Shown: positions 17,902-27,544, numbered from the stretch's first letter. The stretch: 64,000 bases of DNA from Patescibacteria group bacterium (GCA_023474425.1 JAMCXX010000003.1:21712-85711); one strand, 5' to 3'. Notes: a model not told the origin generated them from the sequence alone. A program made the numbers and translations.

Positions 17902-19173
17902 ATGAAATATATTAGGCAAACTCTTGCCAACGGCGTGCGTTTAATATTTACCCCCATGCCCCAATCCCTCTCGGTGGGGGTTAACGTTTTTGTAGGCACC
18001 GGTTCGCGCAATGAAGCGGCGCAAATTAACGGCATTTCCCATTTTCTGGAGCACTTGGTTTTTAAGGGTACAAAAAAATATGAAAATTCCCGGATTATCT
18101 CGGAATCAATCGAGGGCCTGGGCGGCATGATTAACGCCTATACCAGCGACTCTCTTACCAATTTTCACGCAAGGGTGACACCGCCACATTTTGAGGAAGC
18201 GTTCAGAGTGGTAGCCTCGCTGGTTCTAGAACCTCTCTTAAGACCTAAAGACATTGATGCCGAAAAAGGGGTCATTATTGAAGAAATCAACCGCAAGGAG
18301 GACGACCCGCAGGACAAAGTTTTTGAACATATTGCCCGGCTCACTTTTCCCAATCATCCCTTGGGCCGGCCGACTTTGGGCAGTTCGGAAGTTATTAGGT
18401 CTCTAAGTCAGAAAGACTTTTTGGACTACCGGGCGGAAAACTATGTGAGCCAAAATACGGTGGTAAGCATTGCCGGTAATATTAGCGAGGACAGGGCGGT
18501 AACCATGTTTGAGAATAAATTCTCTTCCTTGACTAAGAATAGTTCTTCGCCGTTGAATAAATTTTTTGCAGTTCAGCTAGAGCCGCAGGTTTTTTTGGAG
18601 AAAAAAGAAACAGAGCAGGCCCATTTTTGCCTAAGCCTTCGGGGGTTAAGTCTTTTTGATGAGCGGCGCTATGCGCTGGCGGTCCTTAACAGCATCTTGG
18701 GCGCGGGCATGAGCAGCCGGCTTTTTTTGAATATCCGCGAAAAAGGTTTGGCCTACTCGGTGGGAAGCCTTCCGGATCTTCTAGTTGATACCGGTGCTCT
18801 CTACGTTTTTGCCGGCTTTAGTGTTAGCCGGATTAATGAGGCTTTGGCGGCGGTTATGGGAGAGCTTAAAAGGCTTAAGGAAGAGCAGGTTGGGGAAGAG
18901 GAGCTTAAAAAGGCTTTGGAAAAAATTAAAGGTCCTCTTTATTTTGAACTTGAGGACCCAGCGGCGGTGGGGGACTGGTATGGCAAACAGGAAGTAATGA
19001 AGGGAGAAATTGAAACCGAGGAAGAATATCTAAAATCGTTGACGGCCGTAACACCAAAGGACGTTCGCGGATTGGCCAATGATTTGCTTGATAAGCGGAA
19101 TCTTAACCTGGCCATTATTGGGCCTTATAAAGAGGAGAAAAAGGCGGAGCTTCTTAAACTGCTTAAATTCTGA
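17902..19173 (+). CDS. M16 family zinc peptidase (pitrilysin-like)
   Basis: GSRNE..GISHFLEHLVFKGT (HxxEH), NAYTS, SSRLF..IREKGLAY. Confidence 0.95.
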   Translation: MKYIRQTLANGVRLIFTPMPQSLSVGVNVFVGTGSRNEAAQINGISHFLEHLVFKGTKKYENSRIISESIEGLGGMINAYTSDSLTNFHARVTPPHFEEAFRVVASLVLEPLLRPKDIDAEKGVIIEEINRKEDDPQDKVFEHIARLTFPNHPLGRPTLGSSEVIRSLSQKDFLDYRAENYVSQNTVVSIAGNISEDRAVTMFENKFSSLTKNSSSPLNKFFAVQLEPQVFLEKKETEQAHFCLSLRGLSLFDERRYALAVLNSILGAGMSSRLFLNIREKGLAYSVGSLPDLLVDTGALYVFAGFSVSRINEALAAVMGELKRLKEEQVGEEELKKALEKIKGPLYFELEDPAAVGDWYGKQEVMKGEIETEEEYLKSLTAVTPKDVRGLANDLLDKRNLNLAIIGPYKEEKKAELLKLLKF

Positions 19174-19277
19174 GTTTTTGAGCTGTCCCAAAACGTGCGC
19201 CGATCGGCTACTGTTTTGGGAACTCGATGATATTTAAGTGATATTTAAATCTAACCCAAATTTCCAAATCTGCTTCC

Positions 19278-19336
19278 CGTCATCCTGAAGTGTCCGTCAT
19301 GAAGGATCTAGATCCTTCGCTTCGCTCAGGATGACG
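19278..19336. repeat. GTCAT..ATGAC composite palindrome (REP/RPE-like)
   Basis: CGTCATCCTGA...GAAGGATC-TA-GATCCTTC...TCAGGATGACG. Confidence 0.7.
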
Positions 19337-19360
19337 CGGTGATAATTGGAAACTTAAGTT

Positions 19361-19396
19361 AAACACGAACCGTAACTTTTGCTGCGGTTCGTGTTT
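19361..19396. repeat. 36-bp palindrome, copy 1
   Basis: AAACACGAAC-N16-GTTCGTGTTT, 5 nt from the stop codon at 19402. Confidence 0.75.
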
Positions 19397-19401
19397 ATTT
19401 T

Positions 19402-19818
19402 CTAATTCCTCTGCCAGCCCTTGTGCCTCTTCCATTGGTCCGGCAGGATGACGTTCAATGTGCCGGACATGCTAATTTTCATGAACTGGGAGCTTGGCAG
19501 GTACCCGTCATTTTCTTTGTAGACTTGGACGAGGTACGTGCCGTACCAGAGCGGGCCGGTTTGGCAAGTGCCATGCTGGTCAGTTTGACACCTGATGCCA
19601 TTATGGACGGGCAAGTTATCTTCCCAATCAGTTTTCAACATGTCCACTTGGACATCACTGATCGGGAAACCGTACTGGTCCACGACAATGAACTTCATCT
19701 GCGGTCCGTCCGTTGGGGGTTGCACCACGCTTATTTGCCCTCCCGGTGCCGTTTCGAGGAGGACCAGAACGATGACGCATATCGCCAGGACCGCCAAAGG
19801 AATCTTAAGTCCTTTCAT
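19402..19818 (-). CDS. Secreted protein, carboxypeptidase-regulatory/prealbumin-like fold
   Basis: Signal peptide; 'VVDQYGFPISDVQV..TDQHG...LWYGTYLVQVYK..GY'; GGAGG SD, start overlaps upstream gene. Confidence 0.7.
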   Translation of the reverse strand: MKGLKIPLAVLAICVIVLVLLETAPGGQISVVQPPTDGPQMKFIVVDQYGFPISDVQVDMLKTDWEDNLPVHNGIRCQTDQHGTCQTGPLWYGTYLVQVYKENDGYLPSSQFMKISMSGTLNVILPDQWKRHKGWQRN

Positions 19819-20155
19819 ACCGACCTCCGTGAACGACGGCTTTGACGAAACTGTCTATTGCGCGGTTAGCACAATAAGCCAATTCAATCAGGAAGCCCGC
19901 TGGTGCCAGAGGCGTGGGCAACGAGAAAAACAGCACCGTGTACAGGTACCATTTCCAGGTGCTGTACACGTCCGTTCTGGCGGCTCGCAAGACTGCCACA
20001 ATGAAGATAATCCAGCCGACGAGGCTATCCCAGAAATGTACGTCGACCGGGTTTGCACGCGAGAACGCGGTGATTGTTGCTATCCACGGAATGACAATGA
20101 TAAGAAACACCGCGATCTTGAATGGCAACGACCGCAACAACTGTTTGTAGTTCAC
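19805..20155 (-). CDS. Orphan membrane protein
   Basis: SD AAAGGAG before GTG; three hydrophobic segments. Confidence 0.65.
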   Translation of the reverse strand: MNYKQLLRSLPFKIAVFLIIVIPWIATITAFSRANPVDVHFWDSLVGWIIFIVAVLRAARTDVYSTWKWYLYTVLFFSLPTPLAPAGFLIELAYCANRAIDSFVKAVVHGGRYERT

Positions 20156-20338
20156 GATCTCTCCTTTCTTTGTCCCAAAATGTGAGCCGATCGGCCATCA
20201 TTTTGGGAACTTTGAATGGAATTTGGATAGACGATGAAAAGTGCTTTTGTTTTTTTTGTGATGCTTTGAGCACCACCTCCTTTATTATTTTAGTTTATCG
20301 ACTTCCCTTAAAGAAACTTTTTTAAATTTCCTTGAGGG

Positions 20339-20374
20339 AAGCACGAACCTTGAATTGTTCCAGAGTTCGTGCTT
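20339..20374. repeat. 36-bp palindrome, copy 2
   Basis: AAGCACGAAC-N16-GTTCGTGCTT, 6 nt from the stop codon at 20381. Confidence 0.75.
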
Positions 20375-20380
20375 GGGTTC

Positions 20381-21127
20381 TTAGGGCATGACGGCGTCTG
20401 GCCAGTTGCCGGGCAGGGTGTAGTCGTAGAGGATGTATTGACCGGTCGGATTCACATAGGTGATATGAATCACCCGACCTTCAATCCATGCATCCTCAAA
20501 TGACGATACAAGCTCCACAACCCAGCGCTCGTCGAGTCCCATGACCGCGGTGCTGGAATGGTTCTCCAGCGCGATCACGTGTCCCCAATATTCAGCTTTG
20601 AGCGAATACGGGGTGCCCGGAATTCGGTACTCGATGATCGGCGGGGTCGCGTCCGTCACGTCCGGCGCCGGGGTTGTGTTGGTCACCGTGACCGGGACGG
20701 TGATTGAGATATTAGCCGTCGGGGTCATAACTTTCGTACCGGTGACTGTGACCTTGACGCCGTCGCAGGCGTGCTCGATTGCCGCTGTCATTTGTGTCGG
20801 ATCGGCTCGATTGGTGGCATCGGTGCCGTCGATCAACTCGAAGACGCAACCGTTGGACGCCTTCAAAACACGGCCGTCTTCCGTAGGCAGTTCTACGCTC
20901 TCACCGGCTCCGCCGCGAACGACCAGTTTTTCCGGCTGTGCGGCTGATTCATTGACCGCCGGAACGGTGACAATCAGCTGGCCGTTGGTGTCAACTTGAC
21001 CAACCGCCAGTTGCTTGCTGTTCGTGTCGACGATGGACGCCGCTTGACCGGGGGAGTTGAGCGCCATGAGGCCGACTACGACTGCGAGCAAAATTCTCGA
21101 CAAGTTTTGAAGTGCCGTTGGAATCAT
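20381..21127 (-). CDS. Orphan secreted protein
   Basis: Signal peptide, Thr/Val-rich beta region, SD AAAGGAGG, consensus promoter. Confidence 0.75.
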   Translation of the reverse strand: MIPTALQNLSRILLAVVVGLMALNSPGQAASIVDTNSKQLAVGQVDTNGQLIVTVPAVNESAAQPEKLVVRGGAGESVELPTEDGRVLKASNGCVFELIDGTDATNRADPTQMTAAIEHACDGVKVTVTGTKVMTPTANISITVPVTVTNTTPAPDVTDATPPIIEYRIPGTPYSLKAEYWGHVIALENHSSTAVMGLDERWVVELVSSFEDAWIEGRVIHITYVNPTGQYILYDYTLPGNWPDAVMP

Positions 21128-21187
21128 TCTTTTCCTCCTTTTTGAAGATTCCGTGAAAAATTTTTTTACGTGCCCGTTTATCCCATA

Positions 21188-21216
21188 ATTATACCATAAA
21201 GCCCATAGTTTGTCAA
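21188..21216 (-). promoter_or_regulatory. Consensus sigma70 promoter
   Basis: TTGACA-N17-TATAAT with extended -10 (TGGTATAAT). Confidence 0.8.
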
Positions 21217-21354
21217 TCTCCCGAAACCGTTGACCGAAAGGGAGGAAAATGGTAGATTTGTTGTAATATCAACAATAAATTGGTTACGACCGGCTCGTTA
21301 AGTTAAATTGGGTCCTCTTTGTGACGAACCGGGAATCCCATTTTTGTGGAAGGT

Positions 21355-23001
21355 ATGGTTAAAGGGCTAAAAGAGTTTAAAAAATTTGCCCAAAAATATT
21401 ACGCTTATATCTACCGGATTTCACCGGTCACGGCCACTTACTTAGGCATTCATAAGTATGACCAACTTTTAGGCGATTATTCCGTTTCGGCCATCAGGAA
21501 CGAAGCTAAGAAATTTAGCCAATTTAAAAAGGAGTTGGGGCGGCTTAAGCCTTCAATTAAGAATTTTGAACTTAAAGACCAAACCGACTATCGGTTGGTG
21601 GCGGCGGACATCGAACTTAATTTAATCTCTTTAAATAAGGTTAAAGACTGGCAAAAGAATCCCAATCTTTACGTGGAAATGCCGCTTATGGGCGTCTTTT
21701 TAATTGTTTCCCACGACGGACTTAGACAGCAGGAAAAATTAAAGTCGGTTATTGCCCGTCTTTCGCAATACCCTAAGGTTCTAAAGCAGGGGCAAAATAA
21801 CCTTAAAAAGACGCCGCGGATTTTTGTGGAAATTGCTCTGGAAACCGTAATCGGCGCCAAGGCTTTTGTTAAAAATCTACCCGGGGAGCTTGACGCGCAA
21901 GAAAAACTTGAGGAAAACAAGAAAAAAATTCTCGCAAGTCAGGTTGAGCGCGTCATCGCTTCCTTAAACCGGTTTGAGGAGTTTCTGCGCCGTGATTTAC
22001 TTAAGCGTTCGACCCGCCAATTTGCCTTAGGCACCCGGCTCTTTGAAAAAAGGTTAAAAACGGAACACTTTTTGGACCTTTCGGCCCGGGAGCTTTACGA
22101 GTTTGGCAAGCAGGAGTTCGCCCGTATTCAAAAAGAGTTGACGCGGACGGCTAAAAGCTTGGATAAAAAGAAAAGCTGGCAGGAGTTGGTTGACGAGTAT
22201 AAAAACGAGGTGCCCGTGCCGGGTGAGCTTTTGAGTCTTTACCGGAAAGAGGTTTTGCGGCTGGTTGAATTTTTAAAAGATAAAGATTTAGTTTCCTTTC
22301 CCAAAGAGAAATGCCGGGTTTCCTTAACCCCGGATTTTGAAAGACCCACCGTGCCATACGCCGCCTACATGCCGCCCCCGCCTTTTGACAAAAATCAGAC
22401 CGGCAATTTTTGGGTGACGCCTATTGATACGAAATCGTCGGCCGAGGGCCAGCGCGAACAGCTGCGCGAACACTCTTTGTTGAGTTTTATGATTACCACT
22501 CTGCACGAGTCTTATCCCGGACATCACCTTCAATTTGCTCTATCCAACCGCAACCCGTCGTTTGTGCGCAAGCACGGGCAGTCGAGCCTTCTTTGCGAGG
22601 GCTGGGCTCTCTACTGCGAGCAAATGATGGGCGAGGTGGGGTACTATAAGGACCCGCGGTCAAAACTTTTTGCGCTTAAAGACGAGCTTTGGCGGGCGGC
22701 CCGGGTAATGATTGACGCCGGTCTCCACTGTTTTAATATGAGTGTTAATGAGGCGGTCAAAATGCTTGTGGACGAAGTAAAGCTGGCCCCTTCGCAAGCC
22801 GAAGCCGAAGTCAAACGTTACACCTTAAGCCCCACCCAGCCCATGAGTTATTTGGTGGGCAAGTTTTTAATTCTTAAGATGAGGAGGGAAGCCCAAAGGA
22901 AGTGGGGGCCAAAATTTAGCCTTAAGAAATTTCACGACTTGTTCTTGGCCGGTGGCACCATACCACAACCTTTAATTGAGAGGGAATTATTTCACGATTA
23001 G
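21355..23001 (+). CDS. DUF885 family protein (putative metallopeptidase)
   Basis: PVTATYLG, HESYPGHHLQ, EGWALYCE, RAARVMIDAGLH, PTQPMSYLVGK, FHD. Confidence 0.9.
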   Translation: MVKGLKEFKKFAQKYYAYIYRISPVTATYLGIHKYDQLLGDYSVSAIRNEAKKFSQFKKELGRLKPSIKNFELKDQTDYRLVAADIELNLISLNKVKDWQKNPNLYVEMPLMGVFLIVSHDGLRQQEKLKSVIARLSQYPKVLKQGQNNLKKTPRIFVEIALETVIGAKAFVKNLPGELDAQEKLEENKKKILASQVERVIASLNRFEEFLRRDLLKRSTRQFALGTRLFEKRLKTEHFLDLSARELYEFGKQEFARIQKELTRTAKSLDKKKSWQELVDEYKNEVPVPGELLSLYRKEVLRLVEFLKDKDLVSFPKEKCRVSLTPDFERPTVPYAAYMPPPPFDKNQTGNFWVTPIDTKSSAEGQREQLREHSLLSFMITTLHESYPGHHLQFALSNRNPSFVRKHGQSSLLCEGWALYCEQMMGEVGYYKDPRSKLFALKDELWRAARVMIDAGLHCFNMSVNEAVKMLVDEVKLAPSQAEAEVKRYTLSPTQPMSYLVGKFLILKMRREAQRKWGPKFSLKKFHDLFLAGGTIPQPLIERELFHD

Positions 23002-23009
23002 TTTTCAAT

Positions 23010-23972
23010 ATGAATTTAGGGTTTATTATTTTGTTGATTCAGAAAGTACTACTAACACTCTCCTTTCTCCTGTATCTTTTTTGGACCTTCCGGCTTGGAG
23101 TTAAGCAGGGATTTAACCGCACCAAAATTTTGGATTTGGCTATTTTTGCCCCGGCCGCGGGGGTTTTAGCCTTCAAATTTGCTTCGTCAATCCGGCTTGA
23201 CTCGGAGAGTTTTTTCTTTTTGGGATTTCTGGCTTTTGTCTATTTTTGGGGACGCCGCGAAACCTGGTCGGCCCAGAGACTGGGTGATATTTTCTCGGAA
23301 AGCTTAACTTTGGCCGCCGTTTTCTTTCCTTATTTTCAAAGCCCTCTGTTTAACCTTTTTGCCTTGGTTATTTTTTATTTAATCCGCAAAGTTGGGCAGA
23401 TTAAAGTTAAGTCCAGTTTTATTTTTTTAAGCTTCCTGGTCTTATTCGGCCCATTTTTTGGTTTATTGACTTACGTTGAGCATCATCGCTGGCTGACGCC
23501 GAATTTAGTCTTGGCGGTTGTTTTGTTTTTGTGGGGTGTGTTAGGATTAAGAAATAAAGTTTACCGTGAGTCTATGGAACTGCTTAAATTTACCTTACCC
23601 AAAGAGTTGTTAAAGGGTCTCGAAGAAAAACTGCTTAAGAAACAGGCCGACCTGGAGGCGGAAGAACGAGCCCTCAAATTGGAGGGCAAGTCCTTGGACG
23701 CCGAAAAGACAGAAGATGTGGAAGAGGAGGACCGGGCTTTAGTGGCAGAGGAAGAGGACCGCACCGGTTCCATGCTGGAATTTATTCGCGCCCGCAAGAA
23801 TGAAGTAGTTTTGGCCCTGCGTAAAATTAAAGACGGCAACTACGGGCTTTGCGAAAGCTGCCGCAAACCCATTGACAAGGCCCGTCTCCTAGCCTATCCG
23901 GAAGCCAGATTTTGCTTGGAGCATGAGCCTAAAGAAGAGGAGAAAGAGAAACAAAAGGAAAACAGTGTCTAA
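23010..23972 (+). CDS. Lgt-like membrane domain fused to a TraR/DksA zinc-finger domain
   Basis: About 190-aa hydrophobic N-terminus; C-terminal coiled coil with ALRKIKDGNYGLCESC..I...RL.AYPEARFCLEH. Confidence 0.7.
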   Translation: MNLGFIILLIQKVLLTLSFLLYLFWTFRLGVKQGFNRTKILDLAIFAPAAGVLAFKFASSIRLDSESFFFLGFLAFVYFWGRRETWSAQRLGDIFSESLTLAAVFFPYFQSPLFNLFALVIFYLIRKVGQIKVKSSFIFLSFLVLFGPFFGLLTYVEHHRWLTPNLVLAVVLFLWGVLGLRNKVYRESMELLKFTLPKELLKGLEEKLLKKQADLEAEERALKLEGKSLDAEKTEDVEEEDRALVAEEEDRTGSMLEFIRARKNEVVLALRKIKDGNYGLCESCRKPIDKARLLAYPEARFCLEHEPKEEEKEKQKENSV

Positions 23973-24483
23973 ATTTGTCCGTGCCTCTATACCCTTTTTA
24001 CTGTTATTATTGTCCGACCAGCTCATTAAATATTTTGTCATCTCGCAGGACTTAAATTACTACAAAAACTACGGTTTTCTTTTCGGGCTTGTAAATTTTA
24101 AAAGTCCCGTAATTTCTGTTTTGTTTATTAGCGCTATTTTAATTATTGTCATGCTGAACTTGTTTCAGCATCTAAACAAATGTCATTCCGACCCCAGAGC
24201 CGGAATCCGGAACCTCGACGAGCCTGAATGCCGGGTCTCGGCCCGGCATGACACTTTGCCCGTGGGGTTACATTTATTTTTGGCCGGATCCGTAAGTAAC
24301 TTTCTTGATCGCATGACGCGGGGCTACGTGGCTGACTATTTAGATTGGAAGACGGTTATGCCATTTTGGCCGGAAAACTTCGTGAGGTTTTTTAACTTGG
24401 CGGATGTGTTTATTATTTTGGGGTTTCTTTTTGCCGTTTTGAATCTCCGCCGAAGCGGCGGTCCCGTCCGGCGTAATCCTTAA
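23965..24483 (+). CDS. lspA: Signal peptidase II (lipoprotein) with in-frame palindromic insertion
   Basis: DQLIK, KNYG..FG, GSVSNFLDR..RGYVADYL, FNLADVFI. Confidence 0.82.
   Translation: MSKFVRASIPFLLLLLSDQLIKYFVISQDLNYYKNYGFLFGLVNFKSPVISVLFISAILIIVMLNLFQHLNKCHSDPRAGIRNLDEPECRVSARHDTLPVGLHLFLAGSVSNFLDRMTRGYVADYLDWKTVMPFWPENFVRFFNLADVFIILGFLFAVLNLRRSGGPVRRNP
24147..24253. repeat. Tandem GTCAT-type palindromes inside lspA
   Basis: TGTCATGCTGAACTTGTTTCAGCATCT + TGTCATTCCG..CGGAAT..ATGCCGGG..CCCGGCATGACA. Confidence 0.75.
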
Positions 24484-25159
24484 GTGCTTTTTTAAACTCT
24501 TTTGTTCCGAAGTCGGGAAAATACGTTTTGGTGAAGTAAAGTTCAGCGTAATTGAGCTGCCACAAAAGATAGCCGGAGGTACGCCGCTCGCCGCCGGTTC
24601 TAATCATTAAATCCACATCGGGCTGACCGGCTGTGTCCAGATAGCGGTTAATAAGGTCAACCGTGATCTGCGAAGCGTTGTAGCCTTTGGCCACAATTTT
24701 TTTAAAGGCGCGCAGAAGTTCGTCGCGGCCGCCGTAGTTTAGGGCAATGTTTACATCTATAATTTTATCTTTCGGTCCGGGCTCTCTAAGGTAGAAATTT
24801 ATTTTCTTAACAATGTCTTTGGGAAATTTGGAGATGTCGCCCAAAATGTGAACCTCGCCGCCGCTTTGAGTAAGTTCCTCGAAAAAGTCCTGCCGTTCGT
24901 TTAATACATGGCGAAATAGCCAAAGAATGTCTCTAAGAAAACTTTTGCTGCGGCTCCAGTTTTCGGTGGAGAAGGCCCAGAAAGTTACCGATTTAATGCC
25001 GGTTTTGGCGGCAAATTTTACCAGCTCTTTAATTCTTTCCACACCCCGTTTGTGGCCTTCGATTTCTTTAAGTCCCCGGGCTTTGGCCCAACGGCGGTTG
25101 CCGTCCATAATAATGGCTACATGGGCGGGAATTTTCTTGTCTGTCCTTTGAGTTGTCAT
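24413..25159 (-). CDS. uppS: Undecaprenyl diphosphate synthase (cis-prenyltransferase)
   Basis: HVAIIMDGNRRWA, AFSTENWSR, ALNYGGR, IRTGGERRTSG, RRFGG. Confidence 0.96.
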   Translation of the reverse strand: MTTQRTDKKIPAHVAIIMDGNRRWAKARGLKEIEGHKRGVERIKELVKFAAKTGIKSVTFWAFSTENWSRSKSFLRDILWLFRHVLNERQDFFEELTQSGGEVHILGDISKFPKDIVKKINFYLREPGPKDKIIDVNIALNYGGRDELLRAFKKIVAKGYNASQITVDLINRYLDTAGQPDVDLMIRTGGERRTSGYLLWQLNYAELYFTKTYFPDFGTKEFKKALKDYAGRDRRFGGDSKRQKETPK

Positions 25160-25165
25160 AAGTAA

Positions 25166-26239
25166 TTAATGATTCCGTTCAATCACATAATCGGCGGCCA
25201 AGGACAAAAGTTCGCGATATTTCTTGTCGTCGGTAATGCGGTTAACAAACCGCTTGCCGCGATTAACCAATTTACGCGATAAATCTTGAGAATAACTTAG
25301 AGCGCCGCAGTCAACTATAATCCGGCGGACCTCCAGAACCTCGTCCGGTTTTATTTGGGGATTGCCGTGGGCGTGTTTTAGAAATTTTACCTCTTTGGGG
25401 GAGGCGTTTTCAAACGCCTTCTCAAAAAGGAGCGTGTTTTTGCCTTCTTTAAGGTCGGAGTCAACACTCTTTCCCAAAGTTTCTTCGTCGGCAAACATGC
25501 CCAGCTCGTCGTCGCGAAGCTGAAAAGCCAGGCCCACCGGCGTGCCGTAGCCTGTTAGCGCCTTAAAGCGGTTTGACTTTGGTGAAAGCCCGGCCAAAAC
25601 GGCGCCGTATTCAAGCGGTCCGGTAATGGTGTAGTTGGCCGTTTTGTATAAATGAACCTTGAGGATTTTTTTTAAGGATAGTTTGGGGTCGGACTCATAA
25701 AAAATATCCAGGGCCTGACCGTAGGCGGTTTTAATTATTGTTTGACTAAAAAGTTCTAAGAAATTTAATTTTATTCCCGGATTAAATTTGGTCCGCAGGA
25801 GAACCAGATTGGAAAAATACGGTCCCAGATCACCAATGTCCACGGCCAGGCTTTGGCCAAAATGAGCCGCATTTTTTCGGGAACGGGAGGATAAACGTTT
25901 GAATAAATCTTCATACTGTTTATGGACGGTGGGCGCGCCGCGCCGAAGCGCGTCTTCGTCCATAATATCGTCGTGCATTAAAAGGAAGGCGTGGGTGATT
26001 TGCACGAGGAGCGAAATTTGAAGAATGTCTTTTTCGTTCTTGCCGCCGAACATTTGGTAGCTGTAGTAGGTGAGAGCGCCGCGCAGGTTTTTGCCGCCCA
26101 TAAAGCGGGCGTAGGTTTGCACAAGTCCCTTGGCAATAGGCGAGACGGCCGCCGCCTTTTTAATTTCTTCACGAAAAAAGAGATTGAGGTAAGGCGCGGC
26201 TTTTTGGGAATAAATGTCGATATAGTCTTGCGCGTTCAT
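25166..26239 (-). CDS. Polyprenyl synthetase (trans-prenyltransferase)
   Basis: GGKNLR, HDDIMDEDALRRG, GQALD, KTANYT, FQLRDD, DLKEGK. Confidence 0.93.
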   Translation of the reverse strand: MNAQDYIDIYSQKAAPYLNLFFREEIKKAAAVSPIAKGLVQTYARFMGGKNLRGALTYYSYQMFGGKNEKDILQISLLVQITHAFLLMHDDIMDEDALRRGAPTVHKQYEDLFKRLSSRSRKNAAHFGQSLAVDIGDLGPYFSNLVLLRTKFNPGIKLNFLELFSQTIIKTAYGQALDIFYESDPKLSLKKILKVHLYKTANYTITGPLEYGAVLAGLSPKSNRFKALTGYGTPVGLAFQLRDDELGMFADEETLGKSVDSDLKEGKNTLLFEKAFENASPKEVKFLKHAHGNPQIKPDEVLEVRRIIVDCGALSYSQDLSRKLVNRGKRFVNRITDDKKYRELLSLAADYVIERNH

Positions 26240-26364
26240 AATCCTGAACCCCGATTATAGCAAACTTATAAGTTGTTGAATCCTAATCGTCGGAAAGGTA
26301 TTCTGTGTTTGATACTAATAAGAACTGACAAGTCTTCGTTTGCGGCTTTAGTAAAACTGCCTAT

Positions 26365-27438
26365 ATGTATAAGAGAAGAAAAAGTAAAAGACAGAGCCGA
26401 GCCCCAAAACACACTAAAAATTCTTCTCTTTTTAACTTCATTAGAAAAAGACTAAAGATTTTACTTATCTCAGTTGGACTGGCGGCGGCCGTGGTTATTG
26501 TATTGGTCTCCGTCTACACTTACCAGCTTTTACAGTCGGGGCTGGCCCGGGCCGGAGCGGGAGATTACCCGGTGAGTCAAAATCTTAACGTTTCTAAAAA
26601 TTTTAACCTTCTAGTTTTTAAAGTTTCTTCATTTAAGAATCCTACTGCGTCCGTTGATTTTGCCGCCGTCCTAAATTTTCAGGTTAAGGGCGGCGCTCTA
26701 AATATATTGATTTTGCCTGCTTCCCAATTTTCCGCTGAATACGGTCTTTCCAATTTAGCCGCGGGTATGGGCCGCGCGCCCACTCTGCGAGCCTCGTTTT
26801 CAAAAGCCCTGGGTATGCCGATTGACGGCGCTGTCTATACCGATGATGGGGGTTTTAAAGAGATTAGCCGCTGGCTAAACCTTAATCCCGATTCTTTAGG
26901 GCAGGGAAAAAATGTATTAACCAACGCGTCATTGCTGGCGCGGCTTCTGGCTTCATTAGGAACCGGAGTTCGGACCGACCTCAGTTTGCCTTCGATTTTA
27001 AGTTTGGCCAAATTCCTTGAATTTGATTTTCCCGCCGTCGTCAGTTCTTACCAGGTTAGTGATGTTTTGGGAGATCCGGGACGTCTCGACCTTTTGCTCA
27101 AAAGTAATTTCTCCGACCCGCAGGTTCAAGCCGAGGGTTTGAGTGTTATTGTCCTTAACGGTACTTCAAAGGCCGGGCTGGCCGGGGATTATGGTCGCTT
27201 GGTTTCTAACCTGGGCTTAAATCTTTTGTCGGCCGATAACGCTCCAGGCGGACGTTTATACCAAAGCAGTTTTATGATTGTTCAAAGCCAGAATTACTAC
27301 TCGGTCCGACGCTTGGCGGAAATTTTTGGCATCGAGGATTTGCGGCGCGCCGCAGATTTAGCCTCCGACCCCGATTTTGGGCGCCTTTTGCGGGCGGATA
27401 TCGTTCTCGTCCTCGGCGCCGACCAGCTGAATAGGTGA
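26365..27438 (+). CDS. LCP/LytR-like membrane-anchored protein with LytR C-terminal domain
   Basis: Basic N-terminus, TM, C-terminal VIVLNGTSKAGLA...ADIVLVLGAD. Confidence 0.8.
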   Translation: MYKRRKSKRQSRAPKHTKNSSLFNFIRKRLKILLISVGLAAAVVIVLVSVYTYQLLQSGLARAGAGDYPVSQNLNVSKNFNLLVFKVSSFKNPTASVDFAAVLNFQVKGGALNILILPASQFSAEYGLSNLAAGMGRAPTLRASFSKALGMPIDGAVYTDDGGFKEISRWLNLNPDSLGQGKNVLTNASLLARLLASLGTGVRTDLSLPSILSLAKFLEFDFPAVVSSYQVSDVLGDPGRLDLLLKSNFSDPQVQAEGLSVIVLNGTSKAGLAGDYGRLVSNLGLNLLSADNAPGGRLYQSSFMIVQSQNYYSVRRLAEIFGIEDLRRAADLASDPDFGRLLRADIVLVLGADQLNR

Positions 27439-27457
27439 TTGGTTTTCCTCACCGGAT

Positions 27458-27544
27458 TTGACAGCAACATTGTCTTGTGGTATAAAGTACACAGTCTCTC
27501 TCCTTTCTTCGCCCCTCGGCCAAAATTAGCCGGGGGGTTTTTGG
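27458..27544 (+). ncRNA. Candidate short transcript (promoter, CU-rich body, terminator)
   Basis: TTGACA-N17-TATAAA; TCTCTCTCCTTTCTT; CCCCTCGGC-N8-GCCGGGGGG-TTTTT. Confidence 0.4.

Noticed and set aside
24413..24483. 71-nt convergent overlap of the lspA and uppS 3' ends
   Set aside because: Ordinary tail overlap in a compact genome; no further signal
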